A DNA stretch of 28,433 bases from Candidatus Latescibacterota bacterium (GCA_965242865.1 CBDETK010000004.1:1-28433); one strand, 5' to 3'; shown: positions 16,878-26,014, counted from the first letter of the stretch. The notes: a model not told the origin generated them from the sequence alone. Numbers and translations are program-made.

Positions 16878-17240
16878 CCCTTCCTCCCGCATTTTTTTTG
16901 TGCGGTCCCACGCCGCTTCGAGTGCCTCTTTTTTCATTTGGCGCTCAGCCTTTTCCCGCGCCGCCGCTTCCGCATCCCACTGGTCGAACCGCTTGAGCCG
17001 TTCTTCGCGCGAAAGGAATTGCGGAGCCAAGTCATATACATCCAACCGCCGGGCTTCTTTTCCTGTGTTCGCGGTATAGAAGAACTGTGTGAGTTGGGCC
17101 AGCAGGGACTGTACCGGATAATCGCCCCACGGATACCGATCAAAATGGAGCTCCCACGCTAACCGCTCGCGGCGCGACAGAGCCAACACGTCCCGCAGGG
17201 GTTGGCCCGTCGCCCGGGCGATTAGGAACGGGTAGGGTCG
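16866..17240 (-). CDS. Tail assembly chaperone downstream frame (lambda gpT-like), probably made by -1 frameshift
   Basis: Protein-like frame (PFLIARATGQPLRDVLALSRRERLAWELHF...PWG) with no obvious start of its own. It overlaps the end of 17222-17599 in the -1 frame and lies upstream of the tape measure gene. Confidence 0.7.
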   Translation of the reverse strand, partial: RPYPFLIARATGQPLRDVLALSRRERLAWELHFDRYPWGDYPVQSLLAQLTQFFYTANTGKEARRLDVYDLAPQFLSREERLKRFDQWDAEAAAREKAERQMKKEALEAAWDRTKKMREEGLLE

Positions 17241-17599
17241 GCCTCCACGGCGTCCTCCAGCGACGCCACGTTCAGCCCACACACCTCCATGCAACGAACC
17301 GCCAGCGGCGAGCCGACGCCCCCCGACCGAGTAAGCACCCGCCAAGCCATATCATCGGACGTCAACTCCGGCAAGCAGCAGCGCAACGCTTTCAGTTGCA
17401 AGGTCAAGCCCCGTTCCACTTCCTCCGCACGGCCGCTCGGCTTATTCTCTTCGGCCCATAATGCCAACTGGGTCACCTGTGCGCGGGATGGCTCCGTTAA
17501 GTGAAACGACCCCGCACCGCTCTCCACCACGAGAAACTCGTCGGAAAGCAGTTCGTCCAGAACCGCTTGGTTCTTGGATGGTGCTTTGGCTTTAGCCAT
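17222..17599 (-). CDS. Tail assembly chaperone (lambda gpG-like)
   Basis: Size, synteny, GGAGAGG RBS and overlapping downstream frame. Confidence 0.7.
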   Translation of the reverse strand: MAKAKAPSKNQAVLDELLSDEFLVVESGAGSFHLTEPSRAQVTQLALWAEENKPSGRAEEVERGLTLQLKALRCCLPELTSDDMAWRVLTRSGGVGSPLAVRCMEVCGLNVASLEDAVEADPTRS

Positions 17600-17867
17600 T
17601 TTCCTCTCCATTCTTCAAGTGAGACCCTTCAAACGTACCGCCTTCACCGCGTCCGACGACAATGCCTTTGGCTTCGGTGAGCACCCCGCCGGCGACCAAG
17701 AGAATAATATCGCGCACGATCTGCGGGGGGCTTTCAGACTTCCAGATCGCCATGCACACCCCGAACACGGCCACCGCCACAAAAAGGAACAACGCCCCCA
17801 TGACAACATGGGCGGCTACTTTTTCAACGCAATCGCGTTTGAAGCCATTGGAACTATGGTTGTCCAT
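17592..17867 (-). CDS. Small membrane protein, holin candidate (91 aa)
   Basis: Two hydrophobic segments (VVMGALFLFVAVAVFGVCMAIW; IILLVAGGVL) and a charged C-terminus. Confidence 0.55.
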   Translation of the reverse strand: MDNHSSNGFKRDCVEKVAAHVVMGALFLFVAVAVFGVCMAIWKSESPPQIVRDIILLVAGGVLTEAKGIVVGRGEGGTFEGSHLKNGEENG

Positions 17868-18074
17868 CTACCCCCCGGCCGGCGGCTCCTGCTCACTACG
17901 ATAGATGCACTCCCGCACCCACTGAACCTGCCCATTCGGGCTTCGCGGAGCCACCTGCACCCAAACAGTCAAGTGGTTATCATACGCCCCCGGCGACTCA
18001 TATTCATACCCCGCCCCCTTCTGACTCAACCGAACAATACGATCAAACTCGGCCGCATTCAAACTGATGGACAT
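17868..18074 (-). CDS. Hypothetical protein (68 aa)
   Basis: GAGGAGG RBS upstream; stop abuts the next ATG. Confidence 0.65.
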   Translation of the reverse strand: MSISLNAAEFDRIVRLSQKGAGYEYESPGAYDNHLTVWVQVAPRSPNGQVQWVRECIYRSEQEPPAGG

Positions 18075-18204
18075 ACTCGTTCCTCCTCAAGTGAAGTAAA
18101 GCAGTTCGTTGGCAAATAATAATGCGGCGACAGGGCCAACCAACCCGCCGCCGCGAACTAAACACATAGCAACTCTCTGTTGAGAGAAAGGATTGCTCTA
18201 CGCA

Positions 18205-18358
18205 CTAATATACGAAGAAACCACGCAAAACGCACAAAAAAAATCAAAGCATCTCGTTGGCCATGATAATCAGGGCCAGCATCACCGCACAAAATAGAAC
18301 GGTTCCCGTTTCCATACGTAGGCTCGCTTTTTTTATTCCTAATTCCTTCGTATATTAC
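18205..18358. promoter_or_regulatory. Divergent promoter pair with the CTTCGTATATTA motif
   Basis: - strand copy at 18205-18217 and + strand copy at 18346-18358, each preceded by a T-tract. Confidence 0.65.
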
Positions 18359-18362
18359 TAAT

Positions 18363-18467
18363 GTCGCATCATGCGACGCCTTTCGTCAAGGCTCGCGGGT
18401 TGGGGGTCGCTCCCCCGCCCGCATCTATGGCCCAACGAAAGGACACGCTTGACGAAAGGTCTAACCC
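18363..18467 (+). promoter_or_regulatory. Structured 5' leader of HNH gene 2
   Basis: 5' hairpin GTCGCA/TGCGAC, anti-SD CCTTTCGTCAAG, TCGCT-loop hairpin + ATCTA, two ACGAAAGG copies. Confidence 0.7.
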
Positions 18468-19046
18468 ATGATCAAACAATGCAGTGAATGCCCGAATACA
18501 GTCTCGCACTTTAACGCCAAGACGTGCTCTACGGGGTGTTCCAAGAAACGAAAAAAACGAATAGCCGCGGCGTACTACCAAAACAATAAAGCCGAAATAT
18601 CCCAAAAGAGTAAGCAGCATTATGCCGCTAACCGAAAAGCCATGATTGAGCGAGTTATGCGCCACTACTACGCCAATCCGCAGGCAGGGAAAGAGCGAGC
18701 TAAGAAGTGGAACAGAGCACATCCAGATGTCATAAATAGGCTTACCAGGGCACGATATAAACGGCTGGGAGGAAGGGGCTATCGTCGTCATCTTCCTGCA
18801 CTGCTCGTCAAGTATGGTTATATCTGCCAAATTAAAGGCTGCGAACTGCCGAGAGACCATTCCAAGATTGACGTGGACCACATCGTCCCTGTGGATGCCT
18901 GTATTGCTATGGGCTGGACTAAAAAGCAAATAAATGATCCGTACAATCTTCAACCGGCTTGTCCTTCTTGCAACTACGCCAAAGGGAACCAATGGGATGG
19001 CACCATGCCGGGCGAACCACCGGCTCAAATGGACTTGTTTGAGTAG
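18468..19046 (+). CDS. HNH endonuclease 2 (paralogue of 16284-16877)
   Basis: CQIKGC...IDVDHIVP...NDPYNLQPACPSCNYAK; shares MIKQC.ECP start and WDGT..GE.PAQM.LFE end with HNH 1. Confidence 0.92.
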   Translation: MIKQCSECPNTVSHFNAKTCSTGCSKKRKKRIAAAYYQNNKAEISQKSKQHYAANRKAMIERVMRHYYANPQAGKERAKKWNRAHPDVINRLTRARYKRLGGRGYRRHLPALLVKYGYICQIKGCELPRDHSKIDVDHIVPVDACIAMGWTKKQINDPYNLQPACPSCNYAKGNQWDGTMPGEPPAQMDLFE

Positions 19047-19051
19047 CGTTT

Positions 19052-21421
19052 TCAATTTACGGTCCAAACCTCAAGCGGCGAGATCGTCCGCACCAAATCG
19101 CAGGTAATGATCAACTCGCCAGTCGCCTGCCGCCCCACGCGCAGCGTATCCACGCGACCCGCGGCCGCATTTTGCACCTCGACCTCAATAGCCCCCGTGG
19201 TGGAAACCGCATTACTGCTATCGCCTATCCGCGAAGTCACCAGCCGCCCCAACTCCGAGCCGCTGATCAGCACATCGCCGCAGTGAAAACCGCCCAAGAC
19301 GAGCCGAAATAGCTTGTCGGTATAATCACTCGGCAGTGCGTAGCCCGTATCGGCCCATTGATTGAGGCTGGTGATAGCCACGTTCTGCGAGTGCTGCTTG
19401 ACCACCCCCGGCGGGATCGTCGGCGCGTTGTTGATGTCATCATAATCAACCGGACGCTTGGCGACCGGGATAGCATCCTCATTGCCTACCAGCGTCCACG
19501 GCTCGACGTTGGGCGTCAACCGCATCCACCCCGTGGGCGTCCGCATCGTCGCCGGCTGGTATTCCCAGATATTGCGAAAATCGGCGGTGCTACTATACTC
19601 CCTTTGAAACCCTCTATGATACTGAAGGATCGCGGCGATCTCGCGGCGCGTCGCCCGCGGCTGGTGCGAGTAGTCGAGCGACGCAATCGTGCCCGTCGCG
19701 CCCGACACCGACTGGGTATTCCGCGAGAAAGACAGTTGCCCCAAGTTCGTCCACGTCTGATCGCCCACCCGACGGACACGTACATAGAACGTAGGGTTAA
19801 CCGCCTGCGTGACGGCCATCGTGCGGATCGCAACGGTAAGGCGCTGATAGCGCGGGTCGCCGCCGTCCACGAAACCCAACGACCAAGCGATGTCAAAGGG
19901 GGCACCGTCCGCTGCGGTATTGCCGGCGATCGTACCATTGCCGCGCCAGTCCGCGTCTTTGGAAGCCCCGTCGAGGATGACCGTGCCGCGACCGCGGTTT
20001 TCAACCGCCATTTCTTCGGTGGTCAGACCAATGATATAAGGAGCACCCGTGCTCGGCTCAACCAGTTGTATCGTCCCCTCCGCAACGCCCGTGGTGGCTG
20101 TGGGCGCATCCACGCTGTGAGGCAATATGACAAGCCCCCCGGCATTGCCGTGCGTCACAGCGCGTATGGCGGCCTCTAAGCCGCTAATAAAGCGGGCGGC
20201 GATGTCGATATGCTCCAGTTGATCGGGGGCATCCCATTGCGCTTGCAATTTGGATGCCGCGGGGATGTCCGCGATCGGCAAGTTGTAGTACCAATAATGG
20301 TCGTCGTCACCCAAGTAGGTTGCGCCCGTAGTGGCAATAACGAGAGCCTCCGCCTCGTCGCCCGTGACCACCCGAAAGAGCGCCAAGTCGTCGGTCGAAG
20401 GCTGTATTTCGTAGAGCGTCTTGGGAACGCGGAAAGCAATGTTCTTGCCCGTCTCACGCGCCGCCACCGTCCGCGTGGCGGTGTACGTGGCCGCCTTCGC
20501 GGTCGCCTCCGTATAGGCATCGTCCGCTATGGGCGACAACCACAGGCCATCCTCGGCGCGCCACGAGCCATCGACCACATCGTCGTTGAGCCGCTCAACA
20601 TTAGGCAGGGCCGCCTTAATCGCCGCGACCGCATCGGCGGCCGTGAACGGCGGCGACGCCGCCGGAATATCCGGGCGGTTGTCTATATCCGTGTTCCAAT
20701 CCCAATTCTGACCGCCCAACTCAGCCTTGTCTTTGACGTGGCTTCGTATCAGCGCGACCACCGCGGCGGCGTCTAACGTGGCCCCATTACCGCCCCCGCC
20801 CTGCCCCGTGGGCAAGTGGGAGGCAAGGAAAACCGTATTGGGACCGGGCGACCGAGTGCCGAACAGGAACGCATACGCCGACTCCACATAATCACGAGCC
20901 TGATCGTTGGCCTCTTGGCGCACCGTCGCAAACGTTAAAATATCATCGGTGAACGCCACATCCGACGGCAAGTTCTCGCGCCGTATCGGCACGATATGGC
21001 CGTCGTCATACCGCTGCGCCCAGTCCTGCACATGCCGCAAAAACGCTTGAAACACCGGGCTGGTGGAGCTATGCGGGGGAGCCAATACGTTATCGGTGGT
21101 TTCGTGCAAATGGATGTCGTCCAGAAAACGAATGGTTCGGCTCCATACCGCCACCTCGCCCACGTTCGGCTCGGTGTTCATAATGGTCACCCGATAGTAA
21201 TGACCCGCGGGCGTGGTTTCCAGAAAGATGTCGAGCATCCCCTGCGCGTTGGTACGCCCCGAAAAGCTCGTGGGGACCACCACGCCCGTCGCGGCGTTCA
21301 CCCACCGCGCCGTCTCGCCGGTACGACCATACTGATCGACCGCCTCAACCCGCACCAACTGGTACGGCAACACGCCCAAGTCAAGGTTTAACGTGCTCAC
21401 ATGTAACGTATGGAGTGCCAT
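19052..21421 (-). CDS. Putative tail fibre / minor virion protein (789 aa)
   Basis: Long A/T/G/D-rich ORF in the structural operon with Gly linkers; no recognised family. Confidence 0.6.
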   Translation of the reverse strand: MALHTLHVSTLNLDLGVLPYQLVRVEAVDQYGRTGETARWVNAATGVVVPTSFSGRTNAQGMLDIFLETTPAGHYYRVTIMNTEPNVGEVAVWSRTIRFLDDIHLHETTDNVLAPPHSSTSPVFQAFLRHVQDWAQRYDDGHIVPIRRENLPSDVAFTDDILTFATVRQEANDQARDYVESAYAFLFGTRSPGPNTVFLASHLPTGQGGGGNGATLDAAAVVALIRSHVKDKAELGGQNWDWNTDIDNRPDIPAASPPFTAADAVAAIKAALPNVERLNDDVVDGSWRAEDGLWLSPIADDAYTEATAKAATYTATRTVAARETGKNIAFRVPKTLYEIQPSTDDLALFRVVTGDEAEALVIATTGATYLGDDDHYWYYNLPIADIPAASKLQAQWDAPDQLEHIDIAARFISGLEAAIRAVTHGNAGGLVILPHSVDAPTATTGVAEGTIQLVEPSTGAPYIIGLTTEEMAVENRGRGTVILDGASKDADWRGNGTIAGNTAADGAPFDIAWSLGFVDGGDPRYQRLTVAIRTMAVTQAVNPTFYVRVRRVGDQTWTNLGQLSFSRNTQSVSGATGTIASLDYSHQPRATRREIAAILQYHRGFQREYSSTADFRNIWEYQPATMRTPTGWMRLTPNVEPWTLVGNEDAIPVAKRPVDYDDINNAPTIPPGVVKQHSQNVAITSLNQWADTGYALPSDYTDKLFRLVLGGFHCGDVLISGSELGRLVTSRIGDSSNAVSTTGAIEVEVQNAAAGRVDTLRVGRQATGELIITCDLVRTISPLEVWTVN

Positions 21422-21429
21422 TTTTTGGG

Positions 21430-21903
21430 TTATCCGCTCTGGCTTATCAGCCGTTGTTGTAGCCTGTTCAACTGTCCTTGTTCAATCTTGCGGAACGACT
21501 GGGACATACGCGCCGAGATGATGTTGAACAACTGCCCTTGGGTCTCAATGATAGCCCTTCGTAGATACGAACGCGCATCGCGCCGTTGCCGCGGGCGGAT
21601 GCCATACTCAACAAAGACGGCATGACGCGCCCCCGGGCCGCCACTGGTCACCCGCGCCCCCGCGCCCGGCACCCGCCGGACCCCGCGGTCGGTCAGCACC
21701 CGCTCCGAGAGGCGACGCGCCTTGATGCTGCGCCGCAACGCACCGCTCTTGACCGGCACGACCGTCTTAGCGCGGGTCGCCACCGCCCCCGCCGCCGCCC
21801 GCAGCCCATCGCCCTGCACACGCTCCGCCAGCAGCACCGGCAGCGCAGTAAGGTTCTGCCGGAGCTCGGCCAGACCTCGGCTATCCACTTCCAGATTAAT
21901 CAT
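21430..21903 (-). CDS. HK97 gp10-like neck / tail-completion protein
   Basis: 'AK..VPVKSGALRRSI' and 'AVFVEYG......RSYLRRA' motifs. Confidence 0.85.
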   Translation of the reverse strand: MINLEVDSRGLAELRQNLTALPVLLAERVQGDGLRAAAGAVATRAKTVVPVKSGALRRSIKARRLSERVLTDRGVRRVPGAGARVTSGGPGARHAVFVEYGIRPRQRRDARSYLRRAIIETQGQLFNIISARMSQSFRKIEQGQLNRLQQRLISQSG

Positions 21904-22534
21904 TAAGCGTTAAGAGTACTTCGGCTTTTCGCCGCGCACGGATTGAACGCAACGTCCAACCACGCAGATATTTCAGGTTTTTGCCGTCGGCCGCATCCAC
22001 ATTCTCAGCCACCAGATGCTCAAAATAGTGAAACTGATCCAGTTCCTCCAAACCGCGTTCCCCGCGTTCCTCAAAAATATCACTCAACGCGGCTAAAGTC
22101 CCCGGCCCGTAGAAGCCATCGGCAAAGCCGGGCGCAAGCGACTCATCGAAATCCATGCACACCTGCTGCAACGCCCGCATAGCCCGACGCGGCGACCGGG
22201 CACACATCTGCGAATACTGAAACTGCAGATGCGCCGGCACCTGATCGAGATGAAACTGAGTGTAATACGTCGCGTAGAACGCATCCAAATATTCACGCAG
22301 CGCCGCCGCCACCTCGTCCGAGTCCAAGTCCGTACCATCCAACTTATAGCCGTCGATCAAGACCCAGCCCGACCAGTCGGCGTTATGCACACGACTCACA
22401 CCGGAGTAGGTGCAGCCCGGTGTCCCATCGGGCAACGGCGCATTGCCCGCATCGTCCGGGTCGTCGGTGTAACGCCCTTCCTCCTCAATGGTCTGGTCCA
22501 CGATTGCCTTGAGAACTTTTTCGTCAATACCCAT
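21896..22534 (-). CDS. Endolysin, glycoside hydrolase family 108-like
   Basis: EEGRYTDDPDDAG...TYSGV resembles the GH108 EGGY..DP.D.GG.T..GI motif. LQ......DG.YGPGTLAAL and KYLRGW..R resemble the associated peptidoglycan-binding C-terminus. Confidence 0.85.
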   Translation of the reverse strand: MGIDEKVLKAIVDQTIEEEGRYTDDPDDAGNAPLPDGTPGCTYSGVSRVHNADWSGWVLIDGYKLDGTDLDSDEVAAALREYLDAFYATYYTQFHLDQVPAHLQFQYSQMCARSPRRAMRALQQVCMDFDESLAPGFADGFYGPGTLAALSDIFEERGERGLEELDQFHYFEHLVAENVDAADGKNLKYLRGWTLRSIRARRKAEVLLTLND

Positions 22535-22544
22535 GTCCCTCTCC

Positions 22545-24416
22545 TTATAGGGTTACTTGGTACGTGCGGCTCCGCGCATAGATGCGCCGATCGCGCACGA
22601 TACCCACTTCGTCAAAAAGGCCATCGGACAGTTGCAAGCGTTTCGTCTCGTTGAGCGACGCCAGCAACAGTTTATCCAAGTCCGTCACCTCCTGCATCGT
22701 CCCGGCCCGCGCAATGACGCGCACCTGGTGCGCCGTGTCCTTACCCTGCTTCAGCCCCGGCTCATACAGGTTGCCCGTCACCTGGTAGTAAATGGCCGGC
22801 ACCGGGCTGTCACTGCGTTCCCGTTGGGCGCTTATACGCTGCGTCCCTTCCTCATCATCCTGATAGACCACCGAGTCTAAGTCCAGCAGCACCGGCTCGA
22901 CGCGCACGGGCGGCTCCAACGTTTCGCCTTCCGTCTCGGTGCGGTACGCCGTGAGGACGCGCCGCGCTATCTCCACAATGATCTCAATCGGGTCCATACG
23001 CCGTCCGCGCAAGGTAGAGGGTATCTGTATGACCGCCCCGCCCGGCGGCTGGGGCGGCTGAGTAGGACTACGAACAATGAACACGCGAACACCTCCAATA
23101 TAAACAGGCTCAACCGATAATACAACCTCACCCCCCGCAAACGGCACACGAACCACCCGAACACCACCCACCGTGACCCGCGGCAAGAGCAAGTCAAACC
23201 GTCCCCCACCCCACGAAGCAGCACCCGCCCTGATCCCCCCCACACGCACGGTAGGCAACGTAAGGCCAAAATTTTGCATGAACCGCGCCGCCCCCACAGA
23301 CAGCCCCCCCACACGCACCGGAGCAAGGGACAACCCAACAACAGGCACTACACGCTCCAGCGTGTGCGCTACCGACAGGCCGCCCATATCCAAGCGGCGC
23401 AAGTATAACGGTATCGACCGCCATGCGGTCGTTGCCGCCCGCAGTCCCCCCAGCGTTACACGGGGAGGCGTCATCTCAAGGGCCGTTACATCGCCAAACG
23501 AGGCATACACATCACCCGAATACCCTGCGGGTAACGTCCCTATCCGCGCCGAAAGGTTGGGCCTTGTTACATTGACGCGGTAGAGCGTCTGCTCGTCGCC
23601 CACCAACGCCAGCGCATAAACATTCTGATAATCGTCAAACAGGGTATGAGGCGTTACCGGCAGACTACCCAGAGAAACAGGCTCGCCTAATGCCAGTGGA
23701 ACCGAATAAAGGCGGTTGCCGCGATTAAAGTAGATCGTCCTATCATCCTGCGTCATGCTGGTAGGACGATCATACAACGGCGTGCCCGAAACATTCACTG
23801 TGTCGCCATCCGACGCAAAACTAACAACGCCGGTATCACTAAAACTTACAGCGGCAACGCGATAGGTCAGACTGTAAACAGAACGATTGCTATAATACCT
23901 TTCTCTTGTGTGAGGCAATAAGCCCCTATATACTAACGTCCATACCCGTTGCTCGTGCCGTATGATAACATAAAAACGCCTGTTATAGACAAAACCGCCA
24001 GACAATACATGACGCGAATACGTACCTACCGTCCCTGAAGAAGTAACATAACCATACACCGTTCGCCCAGGGATGTTGCTACGAGGACGCTCGCCGCTGA
24101 CATATCTTACATTCTGTCTTGGGTCGCTGTTGGGCGGTAAGACCGCCCGTACCGACTGCTTGCCGGCTTGGGCCTGGGTCCACCATGTAGGGGTAAACGG
24201 GTACGCGCCGCTCAACAGATCATCGCCATCCCGTATCAGGAAACGTCTATGCTCATCCGTCCTTTCGACGAGAAAAAAATCCCCGTCACCCAACGACAAG
24301 TCAGCGGCTTGCGGACGGGTGTCCCATGTGGCGGACGCCAGCTTGTCAGTAGTAATCGGGGCTTCAAGCTCCAGTGTCCTACCATCCTCAGCATAGAACA
24401 CAAACGCATTAGCCAT
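22545..24416 (-). CDS. Virion protein (623 aa) with a C-terminal tail-terminator-like domain
   Basis: The last ~150 aa (from MDPIEII, 22997) contain 'PAIYYQV...QVRVIAR...V..LD..LLASL', resembling tail terminators. The upstream part is beta-rich with GG repeats. Confidence 0.6.
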   Translation of the reverse strand: MANAFVFYAEDGRTLELEAPITTDKLASATWDTRPQAADLSLGDGDFFLVERTDEHRRFLIRDGDDLLSGAYPFTPTWWTQAQAGKQSVRAVLPPNSDPRQNVRYVSGERPRSNIPGRTVYGYVTSSGTVGTYSRHVLSGGFVYNRRFYVIIRHEQRVWTLVYRGLLPHTRERYYSNRSVYSLTYRVAAVSFSDTGVVSFASDGDTVNVSGTPLYDRPTSMTQDDRTIYFNRGNRLYSVPLALGEPVSLGSLPVTPHTLFDDYQNVYALALVGDEQTLYRVNVTRPNLSARIGTLPAGYSGDVYASFGDVTALEMTPPRVTLGGLRAATTAWRSIPLYLRRLDMGGLSVAHTLERVVPVVGLSLAPVRVGGLSVGAARFMQNFGLTLPTVRVGGIRAGAASWGGGRFDLLLPRVTVGGVRVVRVPFAGGEVVLSVEPVYIGGVRVFIVRSPTQPPQPPGGAVIQIPSTLRGRRMDPIEIIVEIARRVLTAYRTETEGETLEPPVRVEPVLLDLDSVVYQDDEEGTQRISAQRERSDSPVPAIYYQVTGNLYEPGLKQGKDTAHQVRVIARAGTMQEVTDLDKLLLASLNETKRLQLSDGLFDEVGIVRDRRIYARSRTYQVTL

Positions 24417-24427
24417 GCTATACCGCC

Positions 24428-24796
24428 TTACGCATCGGTCTCGGTACTATACGTCAAGTCGTTCCCATCAATAGTTACATCTTGATAGCCCGCCGCAGTG
24501 ATCTCTGTGTTAGCATCGCTCATCGCCTTGACCACCAAGCGGGAAGACGTATTATCAAACTGTGCCTTCCAAGCCTGCTTGACCGCCTCATCCTCCCCAT
24601 CGCCCTTGTTAAAGCGTAAGTCTATTCCATTAGCAGGAATGCTCAGTTCATTGTTAGCGGGAACCGTCAAAGAAGTTGTCAGTTGGTCAGTAGCCACCAC
24701 CACCGTCCCCATTTGATACCGTACATGCGTCACCACAGCCCGCTCAGTGAAAAGACCCAGCGAGAGCGTGTTGGAATTTGAGACCTTGATCGCCAC
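24428..24796 (-). CDS. Small virion/tail-associated protein (122 aa)
   Basis: AGGAGG RBS + GTG 24796. The longer track ORF start overlaps the tail tube gene and is unlikely. Confidence 0.7.
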   Translation of the reverse strand: MAIKVSNSNTLSLGLFTERAVVTHVRYQMGTVVVATDQLTTSLTVPANNELSIPANGIDLRFNKGDGEDEAVKQAWKAQFDNTSSRLVVKAMSDANTEITAAGYQDVTIDGNDLTYSTETDA

Positions 24797-24810
24797 TTTT
24801 TTCCTCCTAT

Positions 24811-24841
24811 AAAAAAAGGGGCGCACCGGATGGTACGCCCC
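24811..24841 (-). terminator. Rho-independent terminator after the major tail gene
   Basis: GGGGCGTACC-ATCC-GGTGCGCCCC followed by T7 on the - strand. Confidence 0.85.
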
Positions 24842-24857
24842 CGCTCTGTTCGTCCGG

Positions 24858-25586
24858 TTAACTCGAAATCTCGACGACCCAATCGTTGATATGACTGGTC
24901 GGCTGCACAGTGAACGACGTTTGCAGGTTGCCCCCGTCCGGCGCATCCGCGCCGGGCTTGCCAAACCGCGCCGCATACCGGACCCGCAGCTTGGGCGTGA
25001 CCACCTTGAAATCGGCATCCGCCGCCACCGACGTGGGCGGAGCCAGCGTGCTGCGGCTGCCATCCGCGCTATACTGAATAATGCCCGTCCCGCCGCTACC
25101 CTTCTCAACAACCCACGGGGTAGCCCCCTTGCCGTCGTCCTGCAGCTCGTCAATGACATACGCTTTCCCGTCAATGATAAGCACCGCACCGCGCCCCACA
25201 TCGTCAAACGGGATGTCAGGCGAACCCACAAGCGTTACAATGCCCGTGCCGGCAATCGCCGCCGTTACGCCGCTCGCACTGTTGTTATCAAAGAACTCAG
25301 CCTGTGCGGTCGTGAACTGAACATTGACCAGGGTCCCCTTGATCGCCGCATCCCGCACAAAACGCCACGCCGGATGAACGGGGTTATAGAGCGACGTAAT
25401 CGTGACGGGCGCGACCTCCGGCAAGTCCGTCGAAGCCAAGCTGTCCTTGAACGTTTGGATGGTCTCACTGTTCAGGTCGCCGCCCCCCTCGCTGTGCGAC
25501 TGCACCCCCGGTAACGACTCATACGTACCACGAATCTGAACGGAAACCTCCGCCCCTTGTACGGGTATGTTGATGCTATCTGCCAT
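24858..25586 (-). CDS. Major tail (tube) protein
   Basis: AGAGGAG RBS, size, synteny after the head-closure gene, downstream terminator and beta-rich tube-like pattern. Confidence 0.75.
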   Translation of the reverse strand: MADSINIPVQGAEVSVQIRGTYESLPGVQSHSEGGGDLNSETIQTFKDSLASTDLPEVAPVTITSLYNPVHPAWRFVRDAAIKGTLVNVQFTTAQAEFFDNNSASGVTAAIAGTGIVTLVGSPDIPFDDVGRGAVLIIDGKAYVIDELQDDGKGATPWVVEKGSGGTGIIQYSADGSRSTLAPPTSVAADADFKVVTPKLRVRYAARFGKPGADAPDGGNLQTSFTVQPTSHINDWVVEISS

Positions 25587-25607
25587 GGTAGAACTCCTCT
25601 TTTGGTT

Positions 25608-25931
25608 TTAAGTGGCGGCTACACAAAACAACGTCAGCCACCGTCGATCAAACTCTTTGACCCAGCGTATCGACCACGTGCGCCCCACATCATCCACGAC
25701 ATACCAGCGGGGCGTCATAGCCCGCAACGTCGGGCTCCAACGAAAACGAAACGTGGTCTGCCATTGCTCGACGTCCACCCCCACCTCCTCCGTGTCGCGC
25801 CCCCCGCGGTCTATCCGCGTAGCAAAGACAATATGCTCCACCGGGGTATTGCGCTGCGGGTCACCGTGCGATGTAGTGCCCGTAACTGCACCGGGTTCGT
25901 AGAGTCGGATACGACGCGTACCCTCAGCCAT
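25608..25931 (-). CDS. Head-closure / head-tail adaptor (SPP1 gp16-like)
   Basis: 'RRIRLYEP...G......VFA.........F..RW...........W.I..V..FDRRWLTL.C' pattern. Confidence 0.85.
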   Translation of the reverse strand: MAEGTRRIRLYEPGAVTGTTSHGDPQRNTPVEHIVFATRIDRGGRDTEEVGVDVEQWQTTFRFRWSPTLRAMTPRWYVVDDVGRTWSIRWVKEFDRRWLTLFCVAAT

Positions 25932-26014
25932 GGGTTAGTCCCTTCTATGAGGCCGGGGTGTTTCCACCCCGGAAATTATACGAACCCGGTGCAGTTTCGG
26001 ACACTATTCATCCA

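Noticed and set aside
24797-25231. N-terminal extension of the 267-aa track ORF
   Set aside because: Overlaps the tail tube gene and crosses a terminator; a strong RBS supports GTG 24796.
25953-25972. Hairpin CCGGGGTG-TTTC-CACCCCGG between head-tail genes
   Set aside because: Isolated stem-loop with no U-tract or repeat-family 3' end; no specific function can be supported.
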